This document shows positions 26,910-38,140 of a DNA stretch of 64,000 nucleotides, piece by piece. The DNA comes from Eledone cirrhosa. Its lineage: Eukaryota. Both the position numbers and the translations under genes were made by a program. The first letter of the stretch is position 1; every line of letters begins with the position of its first letter. Where the stretch lies: assembly GCA_964016885.1 (NCBI GenBank), contig OZ024741.1, positions 321,904,001 to 321,968,000 on the forward strand, given 5' to 3'. The notes beneath the pieces were generated by a model. That model did not search any database. It was given only the letters and a program-made list of their open reading frames with translations, and was not told the origin of the DNA.

Positions 26910-27867
26910 TCTATATATCTAAAACAGAGAATGTCTGTCTGTCTGACTCCCTAAAACTTGAGAACCACCCAACCAATTTTTTTCAAACTTTACACATATA
27001 ATACTTATGGTCCTGTGAGTGTTTTGAGCAAAGAATATTTCAATGCCCTAGGGACCACATTAGTCGCCGAACGTCGCGCCCTTATAATATATGGCTGTCT
27101 GCATTACGACATTATGACGTTATCTTTGTGTGTGTGTATATGTATATATATATAGTGTGTGTATATATATATGTATATATAGTGTGTAACGTTTTTCGAA
27201 ATATTTACTTTTGCGTTTACAGATTGATTTTTTTTTAGTTTTAGAAGATCCCGTTAGGGGTGAAAGCAGCGATTCTTTGCTTAAACTTTAATCTGTTATT
27301 TTAATATATATATGTATATATAATTATATATTCGTGTACAGATATTTTTGCATACACAAAAACAAAATATAAACAGCAGCAAAAACAACAACAAAAAAGA
27401 GAGGGAACGCAATTACATGATTTTGAAAAATCGTAATGGAAAATTATTTGCCTATTCACCCAAGGCGACTTCACTTTTCATTAGGACTTCTGCATCAATT
27501 GTGAACATATGATGAAACATTGAAAGGAGTAAGACAACACCACTCTACACCACTGCAGTCCCACATGCTTTCTGCTCTGTAACTATTGCTTTCAATGTAC
27601 CATAGCACAACAAATAGATGTTCAGTTTGTTGAATGCCTTTTTACTTAACCCTATCGTCTTAGCTTTCTTGGGTTGAACATTTTACTCTCAGGCACCCAA
27701 TTAAGTTAAACCCCTGTAATCTACGACAAATTTTTTTTATAAGCACAAAATGTAGACACCATCCCGAGGTCAAGGTATTCCGTACTTCTCTGTACTGTTT
27801 CAGAACGGAGGGATAAACATGCCAATCTATGTTTAGAATCCCGAGCAACGCCGGGCCATTCTGCTAG
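26910..27867 (+). mobile_element. Non-autonomous Helitron
   Basis: 5' TCTATATATCTAAAA shared with the 20253 copy; hairpin CCCGAGCAACGCCGGG; 3' CTAG; A|T insertion. Confidence 0.88.
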
Positions 27868-28004
27868 TATTTCCTAAAATAGGTCTTTTTTGTACTTTCA
27901 CTTTCAATGTCATTTTTTCTTATATAGAGATAAGTGCTCAGCATCACCTCCCCCATATATATATATGTATATATATATATCATCATCGTTTATATATATA
28001 TATA

Positions 28005-31000
28005 ACGACAAATTCACCTCATGCTGCCGGACGAAAGGGCAAAGCCCCACCCTCTTTGTTGCGGCCGCGGATGGCCAACATAACCCCAACCCCATCAACC
28101 ACACCCCTCCCTGCACCCCACCCACCAAACGCAATCCAAAACTTCAGAGTTGGTACCATGAATGTAGGGACCTTAAAAGGCCGCTCAAACGAGGTTGTAG
28201 AAATGCTTGAACGTAAGGAGGTTGATGTCTGCTGCATCCAAGAGACCAGGTGGAGGGGCGGGTCTGCTAGATTCATTGTGGGTAAAAAGCGATGCTATAA
28301 GTTTTTCTGGGTGGGAAATGACAATGGGCTGGGTGGGGTAGGAATCATGTTAGCAGAAAAATGGGTGGATAAGATAATAGATGTAAATAGAGTAAACGAC
28401 ATAATAATTAAAATAAGACTTGTTCTAAATAGAACTACTGTGACGATAATATCTGCGTACGCGCCCCAATCCGGACTGCCTGGCGCTATAAAAGACACTT
28501 TCTATGAGACACTGATGCTCACTACCTCCCAAATAACCGACAGTGACTATATAATTATTGCTGGCGACCTAAATGGTCACGTTGGACAACATTGTGACGG
28601 CTATGATGAAATCCATGGAGGCTATGGGTTTGGTACTAGAAATGAGGAAGGCTCCAGAATCCTGGAATTCTGTGACGCAAATAACCTAACAATCTGTAAC
28701 ACTAACTTCAAAAAACGAGACAATCACTTGATCACCTACAGATCAGGGGAACATACCAGCCAGGTATATTATATCCTTACCAGAAGACGTGACAGAGTGA
28801 CTGTTGTAAACACTAAATCCCTCCCCCATGAAGAATGCACCTCCCAACATAGACTGATAATTAGCGACCTCATAGTCAGGACGAGACGTACTCGACAGTA
28901 GAAGAGGACTATCCTCAGGAGAAAAATATGGAAGCTAAAGGACCCCACAGCCAGAAATAAATTTAAAAGCATATTACTTGATGCTTTTGACAGTAAGGAA
29001 GAGCATTTAGAGTCGTACAATATCGAGGAACAGTGGGAATTCCTGAAAGCAAACCTGCTGATGGCGGCAGACGAAGTCTGTGGCTGGAGCAGGCCTATAG
29101 GCAGGAGGAGAGTAACATGGTGGTGGAACAGTAAGGTGGAGGAGTCAATTAAGGCCAAAAAGCAGGCTTGGAAAGTATGGCGGGATGGGGGAAGTAGAGA
29201 AGACTATCAAGTGGCCAGGAGGGAAGCTAGGAGACAAGTGTACTTTGCAAGAAGGGAAGCAGAGGAAAGAAAGTTCAAGCATGTTCTACAACGCGAGGAC
29301 CAAAAACGTGAGGTGTTCAGGATTGCTAGGCAATGTGTCAAGGAAAACCATGATATTGTTGGGGAGAAGTGTGTACTAAATGATGATGGCGTACTCGCCA
29401 TCACTGACGCTGATAAGAAGGTCGCTTGGAAGTGTCACTACGAGAGGCTACTAAATGAGGAGAATAAATGGGAGAAGGATAGTCTCCCCCAGATCGATCC
29501 AATAGAGGGACCAGCAGTGTTAGTTGAAGGTAGTATAATAAGTAAGGCGATCAAAGATATGAAGACGGGTAAGGCGGCTGGGCCTTCGGAAATAGTCGCT
29601 GAGATGCTGAAGGCCTCTGGAACGGTGGGACACACCATGGTCACCCGGATAGTAAACCAAGTCATACAGAATGGGGTTGTTCCGAAGGACTGGCGTAGCA
29701 GCATCATCATTAACTGTTACAAGGGTAAAGGAGACGCCCTAGATAGGAGTAACTATAGAGGGATTAAATTAATCGACCAGGTCATGAAGGTCACGGAAAA
29801 AGTAATAGTGCAACTAATCAGAGAGAGAATCGATCTAGATGAAATGCAGTTTGGGTTTGTGTCAGGCAAAAGTACCACAGACGCTCTTTTCATTGTACGA
29901 CAACTACAGGAGAAGTACCTAGCTAAAAGTAAACCCCTATACTTAGCCTTTGTCGACTTGGAGAAAGCCTTCGACAGAGTCCCCCGTTCCATTATCTGGT
30001 GGGCTCTTAGAAAACTAGGTGTTGACGAATGGCTTGTGAGAGCTATACAAGCCATGTATAAAGAAACAGTGAGCAAGGTTAGAATTAACAACGAATATAG
30101 TGAAGTGTTTAGCGTAAAAGTTGGTGTCCATCAGGGCTCTGTTCTTAGCCCCCTACTATTCATTATTGCTCTTCAGGCTATAACAGAGGAGTTCAAGACC
30201 GGCTGCCCATGGGAACTCCTATACGCAGATGACCTAACGCTCATAGCTGAATCAATGGCCGAGCTAGAGAAGAAATTCCAAACATGGAAGCACGGCCTAG
30301 AATCAAAAGGCCTTAAAATTAACATGGCTAAGACTAAAGTTCTAGTTTGTAGGAAAGAAAATAAGGCGCCGGTCCCTTCCGGGAAATGGCCATGCTCAGT
30401 GTGTAGGAAAGGCGTAGGTAGAAACTCCATTTTATGTCCCAAATGCAAAGTATGGGTGCATAAAAGATGTAGTGGGATCACAGGTAAGCTAACTAAGAAC
30501 ACAGATTTTACATGTGGCCGGTGCTCTGGTGCAATAAGTAGCAGCAAGTGCCCACAAAATACTAGCTCTTTCAACTGCGCAGAGGGTTCTATAGAAATAG
30601 TGGACAGCTTCCGTTACCTGGGTGACAAAATCAGCAGTGGGGGAGGGTGCTCCGAAAGTACAGTAGCTAGAGTCAGAACTGGATGGAAAAAGTTCAGAGA
30701 GCTTATACCACTATTAGCCGCTAAAGGGTTCTCCCTAAAAGTGAAAGGCAGGTTGTATGATGCCTGCATATGAACAGCAATGTTGCATGGCAGTGAGACC
30801 TGGGCATTGTGTGCAGAGGATATATGCAGACTAGAGAGGAACGAAGCTTGCATGCTCCGCTGGATGTGTAATAGTAATATACGCGAACGGCAAAGCATAA
30901 ACGAACTAAGGAAAAAATTAGAAATAAGAGGGATCAGATGTTGTTTACTCGAGAGAAGGCTACGTTGGTATGGTCACGTGATGCGCATGAAAGACGACAG

Positions 31001-31674
31001 CTGTATAACAAAGTGCAGGGCAATAAAGATAGATGGTAGCCACGGAGTAGGCAGACCCAGAAAAACCTGGGACGAGCTGATAAATTCCGACCTCACACAC
31101 TTACACCTCTCCAAGACAATGTCACTGGACCGAGACCTTTGGCGGTACTCAGTAACAGAGAAGACCCGCGTTACCTAAATACAAAGTAAAACATACTACA
31201 GTCAGTAGGCATCTCTAACAAAATACACCCCGTCCCACCACCCCCACCCCATCCACACCGCCCCTTTCAATGTAAAGTTATGTTGGTGTCACAAAATCCA
31301 GGCCGAAACAAATGAGATCGTGTAGGTGTCACGAAAAAAAAACACACAGTCCACGCTGTAATGTGACCGTGTAGGCAACACGGTAAAAACGTCCCAGTCC
31401 CACACTGTAAATGTGGTTGGTGTTAGGAAGGGCATCCAGCTGTAGAAAACCTGCCAGACGGTCCACGCTGTAATGTGGCCGTGTAGGCAACACGGTAAAA
31501 ACCTCCCAGCCCCACACTGTAAATGTGGTTGGTGTTAGGAAGGGCATCCAACTGTAGAAAACCCGCCAGACAGTCCTATGCGAGCAAGACAACCACTCTT
31601 GCCTCAAGTGGGAAAACTCCCGTCCAAACCCATGCAAGCATGGAACACGGACGTTAAACGATGATGATGATGAT
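28005..31674 (+). mobile_element. Near-full-length RTE-clade LINE (copy 3)
   Basis: Single reading frame with APE and RT, about 500-bp 3' UTR, (GAT)n tail; TA runs on both sides. Confidence 0.97.
28071..31178 (+). pseudogene. LINE ORF: APE endonuclease, reverse transcriptase (YADD at 30222-30233) and inserted C4HC3 finger (30393-30524); two in-frame stops
   Basis: ORFs 28056-28901, 29061-30773 and 30780-31178 share one frame, with stops TAG at 28899 and TGA at 30771. Motifs: [66 protein letters not shown]. Confidence 0.96.
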
Positions 31675-32029
31675 ATATATATTGGCTAAGTAATAAATAT
31701 AACAGCATGATTAGCAGCAATAATTTTTTAAAATTTTGTTTTTCACCTTTTCTCACTATTTCAGACGGCATATTAAATTTGTGGTTTCTACATTTACTAC
31801 TCAACCTCTTCAATATTTATACACTGGTAGATACTAGAATTAATCACTATTATTTCATGGTAATATGATATTATGTGACATTTTCTATATCAGTAAGTTT
31901 TTTTCTTACATTCTTTCTTATGATAAACAAGTTTTAAATATAAATACATCTTTGTAACACCCATTTTATGTGGCCAGAACAAACTTTTGGCTGCTGGCTG
32001 CCTAGGGTGCAGGCAGTTGCCAGTTTTGC

Positions 32030-32460
32030 ATGGCCCATAGACCTGGTCTCTTGCACTGATCTACTTCACATATATATCAGAGGACTTTCTGATAGAACTC
32101 CTTTGTAATGTTTTGTCCTTTTGGTGCACCTTCTGGTGATTTTGCTCCACATCTGACATGCATTTTTGGCCTTGGTGATGTTGGATGCTTCCAATATGAT
32201 GACACATCTCATTTTTAGTTATCATGTTATTCAGAAACTCTTGAACTTTGTTGGCAGCATTAAGTGAAATGAAAATACAAGTAGTACAGCACCTCACATG
32301 CTGGATGCCTGACAGTAACTGATGCATCCAACGAGCTTGCCACAAACTGCGCTTGCTCATGAATGGATGTGGCTCCACTTTGCATACTTTTGTCTCCGCA
32401 ATGTGATTACTTCATATGGGTAAAAAAATGAAGTTAGAGACATTTTTGACATCTCATATA
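32030..32460 (-). mobile_element. Decayed, internally deleted mariner (Tc1/mariner) element
   Basis: Minus-strand translation gives FLNNMIT, WKHPTSPRPK (about 32165-32194) and APKGQNITKEFYQKVL*YICEVDQCKRPGLW, matching mariner transposase blocks; TA-adjacent TIR-like end near 32458. Confidence 0.75.
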
Positions 32461-32877
32461 TATATATGATGTGGCGTCATGCATCACTAAGGAGCTTATT
32501 GCTACCTTCAGTTGACACTAGCAACTGAGAGAGCTTAGCACGCTATTTTTTGTCTTTCCTAACAGGGAGGCAACCTCCTGCTGACGAAACAGCTTTACAC
32601 CAAATTACGTAATGTGTGCTATCATTAGCTAATATTCTGTACATGGCTGCAGCTTTCGATGCATGACCAGCAGTCCAGACCGTGGAAACTGTTATACCAG
32701 TCCAGGTACCATAACATCTTACCCACACAAAGTCGTTTTCCTCACTATTTAATGAAAGTGTGCACTCTGGCCCACTGGGTTCAAATTTTAATAATACAAA
32801 CTTAATTTTCCATAGAGTGAGGAAACAGCCGAAGCTATGTCCATTCTGTTCGACTTGCTTTGACTCCTAATTTTATA

Positions 32878-32924
<47 letters not shown>

Positions 32925-32931
32925 TATATAT

Positions 32932-32990
32932 CTGTTTCATTCAAAGGAAATCATCAGGAAAGCCCTGATGATTTCCTTTGAATGAAACAG
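32932..32990. repeat. Perfect 27-bp inverted repeat with a 5-nt loop
   Basis: CTGTTTCATTCAAAGGAAATCATCAGG-AAAGC-CCTGATGATTTCCTTTGAATGAAACAG. Confidence 0.98.
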
Positions 32991-33014
32991 TTCTAGTCCT
33001 GTAGAAGACATTTC
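32960..33014 (+). ncRNA. Hammerhead-ribozyme-like motif (probable Penelope-like element remnant)
   Basis: CTGATGA (32965-32971), weak stem II TTC/GAA, GAAA, stem III ACAG/CTGT, GTA cleavage triplet ending at 33003; stem I poor. Confidence 0.45.
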
Positions 33015-33894
33015 TATATTAAACATTATATACTCTACTATGTATTGAGTACCTTACTTACTGTGGTTACCTCTGATTGAACTCAACACACACAGAGAGA
33101 GAGAACATCCATCCACTGCCCACTCCACTCAATGTCTCCCATCCCCAAATGATTGCAAACAGTGCAGTAGTTAGCTATAATGAACCTATTTTCTGCATCA
33201 AGAACATGCAGTGTTATTGAAGTGGCTTGCACCTGAATCTAGATTTCTCTTCTTGCGAGATGCTATCTGCAATATAAGAAGTCAGAATCTGTCTGGGAAT
33301 GAAAAAGAGTCTTGCTTGTTTACACACCACACAGACTGCCAGAGGCACACACAAACATGCTTATATATATATATATATATATATATGAGTGTGTGTGCAT
33401 GTGTGCATATATATATATATTGTGTGTATGTTTATGTCATCATCATCGTTTAACCTCTATCTTACACCTTAGCATGGGTTAGTGCATGTATATGTGTGTA
33501 TGTATGCATATATATTTAACTATCTATATATACAACTTATACATGCATAGACACAGACATACACGCATGAATGTGTGCATGTGCTTGTTTACTGAGAAAA
33601 AAGGGAAGGGGAAGCAGAGAGAGAGAGAGAGAGAGTAGGAGAGATGTGTTAAGAATGCAGCCAAATTAGCTCAAATGGTTGAATATGACAAAAAAAAACA
33701 ACAAAAAAAAACAACAACGAAAATACAATAAAAAAACATAAAAATAACAAAGAGTCTACTTATGAGACAAACAACACAGATGGGTATCCCTATAATTCAC
33801 CCCTAATTTGAACTCAGAATATACAGAACCAGAACAGCATCCCATCCAACTCTTTAACAGTTCCACCAATCCACAGTGAGCTGGAACAACAAAT

Positions 33895-34331
33895 ACTAAG
33901 ACACTACATTAAACACGGCTTGGACGCTGCAGGCTTCCCTTCTAAGCTCGAGCTGGTGGGGCTGGATCAAGGTGACGGCAAAAGGCCAGATGGCATGACC
34001 ATCTTCCCGTTTTGCGGTGGCAAACAACACTTTCTGCAGCCGCAACCTGGTGCAGTCTGCGATTAACCCGGGTTCTGCTGCACGTTGGACTGAGGAGGCT
34101 AAACTCCTCAAATACCGGTTGCTCTCCGACAGGTTTGTGGTTTTACCCCTGGCAGTGGAGACTTCTGGTGTCCTCGGCCCTAAGGCTACCTCCCTACTCA
34201 CCACCATAGGCGCTGAGCTGGCCAGCCGCAGGTGTGAGCCCCGCGAGTTAGAGTGGCTTTTCCAGCGTGTCTCCCTTGCTGTCCATCGGAGAAACACCTT
34301 CTCCATTCAGACCGCCGGGGCTGTGGGGTAG
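33895..34331 (+). pseudogene. C-terminal restriction-like endonuclease fragment of a CRE-type non-LTR retrotransposon
   Basis: LELVGLDQGDGKRPDGMTIFPF, then (after a deletion/frameshift) EEAKLLKY...PLAVETSGVLG...LFQRVSLAVHRRN. Confidence 0.85.
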
Positions 34332-34577
34332 CCCCCATCGCATATTATTCCATATTTAGTTGTGGTCTGTATGTGTGTGTGTGTGTTTGTATATATTGCT
34401 TTTGTTTTCATTCAGCATCATGTCATTCTTCATTGCTTTTCACTACTCAATCATGCCCATCTCTCTTTAGTGACAATAACATAATGGAAAACTAGTAAAT
34501 TAAACATGAACAACTTTTGAAACGCTGTTTTAAGCGAAACTGGTCAAACGTTCTACTGACTATGCAAGTTCACTGTC

Positions 34578-35031
34578 TTAACATTTTTGATAGCAAACTG
34601 TCTGGAACCACTATTGGTTCTATGATACAACACGTTTTGTTTTAAACTGTTCATATTTACCCAAAGCACTTTATTAAGTTATGTTCCAAACACCAGCTTA
34701 ATAATTGTTTCTATATTTGGCACAAAGCCATCAATTTGAAGTGAGGGGAAAGTCGATTAAATTGACCCCAGTGTGTTACTGGTACTTTATTTTATCAACA
34801 CCTTTAAGGATAAAAGGCTAAATCAACCTCAGCAGGATTTGAACTCAGAACGTAAAGGGTCGTAATTACATGTCACAAAGTATATTGTCTGATGCTCTAG
34901 TGATACTGCCAATCCACCAATGAGAAAGGTTTAGTAATATAACTAACTATTTGAATTCTTGATTATTTTCAAAATTATTTTAAAATTGTAGGCAGTGTCT
35001 TTCATTAGAAATATGGTAGTGAAAAGTTTAA
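34578..35031 (-). mobile_element. piggyBac-type MITE family B with a long-tail SINE A inserted at about 34703-34918
   Basis: TTAA ends; body matches the reverse complement of 14520-14750; SINE sits at the MITE's TTAATAAT site. Confidence 0.7.
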
Positions 35032-35399
35032 GTGTAGAAGAAAATAAAAAACAAACAACATAAAATAAAATTAAAATATAAATTATATAAAAAAAAACAA
35101 TTATGGAATAGTAAAATAAAAATAAATAAGAATACTAAAAAAAAAAAAAGAATCATGGAAGGCAAAGAAAAAAATGAGAGAGTAATTAGAAGCTTGAGGA
35201 AGATGTTAAACTGTCTATCTGGTGTCCAAGATAGTGTAAAAAGCTGATTTAATTTAACCTTATTAACAGTCTCCTTTAATTATGGTAGTTAATGAGAGGT
35301 GAGGGAGGTGAGATGCAAGAGACAGCTGGTGTCGACTGAACAGGGCGTCAGCTTGCTGACTAAAAGGTCAGCACTAACCAACCAGCCAGCAAGCCAACC

Positions 35400-36512
35400 A
35401 GCATTGCAGTGTGTGTGTGGCCAAGCTGAGATAATCAGATAGTTAAGTAATCAGCACAGTCCACTGAGCTGTAAATAGTTACCACACTTAGGCATGGTTC
35501 AACACTGTGACCTGCTCTCAATGCTCTACAGTATTGCAGTGTGTGGCTAAGCTGAGGTAATCAGCACAATCCACTGAGCTGTAAATAGCTACCACACTTA
35601 AGCAGAGCTCACCACTGTAATTTACTCTGAATGCTCTACAGTATTGCAGTATGGGGCTAAGCTGAGGTAATCAGCACAGTCCTGATAGATGTAGGCATGG
35701 CTGTGTGGTTAAGTGGTTTGCTAGTTTGGTTTTGGGCTCAGTTCTATTGTGTGGTAACTTGGACAAGTGTTTGTGTCTACACTTATAGTTTATACCCTAA
35801 AACTTAGCAGCTCAACAAATAGAGATTGGTAAAATAAGACTTGGAAAGAAAAGGTACTGTGGTTGATATGATCGGCTAAATCCTTTCAAAACAGTGCCCC
35901 AACATGGCCACAGTCAAATGACTGAAATCAGTAAAAGAGTAAAAGGCTCCACAGTGTTGTAAATAGCTACAGTTCTAAGGCAGGGTTCACCACTATGACC
36001 CCTGAAAATGTCAGTTAACACTTAGGCAGGATTCATCTTTGAGATCTCTGCCTATGACACTGAACACCTAGGCAGGGTTTACCACTGTGATCCCTGAAGA
36101 TGACACTCAATAGTTAGACAGGATTCAGCACTGTGAACCCTGAAGATGACAGTCAACACTTAGGCAAGGTTCTCCACTGAGTCCTGAAAATGACAGTCAA
36201 CACTTAGGCATGGTTCCATCACTGTGAACCCTGAAGATGACAGTCAACACTTAGGCAAAATCCATCATTGTGATCTGCTCCCAATTTTCCACAGCATTGC
36301 AGTGTGTGAAGTAATCAAGTAGTTAGATAATCATCACAGTCCACCCAGTCACAAACAGCTACCACTCTTAGGCAAGATTCAACAATGTGACTCACCAGAG
36401 AAAGAAGTTGACTCACTCTCAATAGCCAACAATATTGCAGTATGTGGCCTAACTGAAGTGTTTAGCTTTTAATAGCATAGTCCACTGAGCTGTAAATAGC
36501 TATCACACTTAA
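35400..36512. repeat. Complex tandem repeat: ~115-bp units plus ~46-bp CTGAAGATGACAGTCAACACTTAGGCA units; SINE B insert at about 35690-35945
   Basis: Recurring CACTTAGGCA and CCACTGAGCTGTAAATAG motifs. Confidence 0.8.
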
Positions 36513-36974
36513 GTAGATTACAAAGGTCACAAACTCTTGGATTAAACTGTTGATTAAACTGAGCTCAGTACTTAACAATGATCCCTGAAATATAAGAAAC
36601 AAAGTTGACTATAGCAGAATTTGAATCTGAATGTAAAAGAACATAATTAAATCACATGTCGCTGCACTTACTGTAACTGCCAACCCAGCTATTATAAGAA
36701 TTTCACTCTTAGATACAACATTACGATATGGCAAGAATTTAAAGACCTTTTTCCCTACTAAAGCAGAGGTTAGCTTTGCAAGTCTCATGACAAACTTCAT
36801 GTCCATCATGAGAGCCTCTGTGAGGTAATGTCTTACAACCAGATGCTCTTCTTGATTTCAAGCCTTTTAGTCACCTTTTATGACATGCAGGGATATAGTG
36901 TAGCTATTAGAAACCTGATACAAACAGCACTAGGCACAACAGCACAGGGGAGGCTAAAAGAAGAAATACCCCAA

Positions 36975-38140
36975 TACCTAACTGGTACTTATTGCTCCCC
37001 AGAGGAATGAATCAAGTGCTGGAGTATATATAATTGACTGTTTCCCTTCCTCCCAAATTTTTGATCTAATGCTAATGTTAAAAAACAAAAATCAGTGGAT
37101 TGGCAGAATCATTAGAGCATGAGACAAAATGACTTGCAGTATTTGTTTCAGCTTTTTACATTCTCAGTTCAAATCCTGTCAAGGTCAGCTTCGCCTTTTA
37201 TTCTTTCTACTATCAATAAAATATAGTACCAATCGAGTACTGGGGATCTATGCAATTGACTAACATCTAACCCTCCAAATGTATGGCCTATATTAGAAAC
37301 AACTATTATTATCATTAAAATTCATGATCTATGCTAGTAATGCTCTGGGATAATTGCTGGCCTGCTGATTTGGCAGTATTGGTAGAACGACAGACACCAT
37401 GCTTTGCAGCATAGAGTTATGGCCCTTTACGTTCTGAGTTCAAATCCGCCAGGGTTAGCTTTGCCTTTCATCCTTACGGGATCGATAAAATAAAGCACCA
37501 GTAATGCACTGGGAGTAATTGCTGGCCTTGTGCCAAAAGTAGAAACTTTATTATTATTACAAATATTAGGGCACTGGACAATATGCTTTGTGGTTTTCTA
37601 CATTCTGAATTCAAATCTCGCTGTGGTCAGCTTCATCTTTTATCATTCCAAGGCCAGTAAAATATAGTACCAATAAAATACTGGGTCGATATAATCGACT
37701 TTCCCTTTCCTCCAAATTGCTGGCCATGTGCCAAGGTTAGGAATAATTATTATTACAAATATTATTATTATTATTACCAAGAACACTAGACAGTAGAATC
37801 AGTGCAGTGTGCCACACAATGTTGTGCGTTATCTAATTAATTACATCCCTTCAAATCTTATCACAGTCAACTTCATCTTTCATATCTTCCTGTGATCAAT
37901 AAGATAAATACCAGCCAAGTACTGGGGTCAATTCCATTGACTATTTAATTGACTACTTGCTGGCCTTCAGCCTCAGTCAGAAATCAATATTTATGTTGCT
38001 AGGTCAGTGAAGTGCCAGACATGCTAGAAGACTGCATAAAATGCCCTGCACTATTTACTTAAGTACTGGGGTTGATTCAATCAACGATATATTTCCTCAC
38101 TGCCCTGCAATCTCTGGTCTAGTATCAATGTCAGAAATCA
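36975..38140 (+). mobile_element. Cluster of about six plus-strand SINE family A copies, including a truncated dimer at 37333-37550
   Basis: Successive head/core/tail units separated by ATT-rich spacers. Confidence 0.8.

Noticed and set aside
28899-28901. Programmed readthrough between separate APE and RT ORFs
   Set aside because: RTE elements encode one ORF, and the second stop is demonstrably a mutation; a copy-specific nonsense change is simpler, although no other copy here covers this site.
29185-30898. Antisense and alternate-frame ORFs over the LINE
   Set aside because: Short shadow ORFs of the RT coding strand with no motifs.
36090-36250. CTGAAGA repeats as tandem hammerheads
   Set aside because: No downstream GAAA or stem III in the units.
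36609-36830. Possible exon or 66-aa ORF
   Set aside because: Partly overlaps a degenerate SINE; no recognisable homology.
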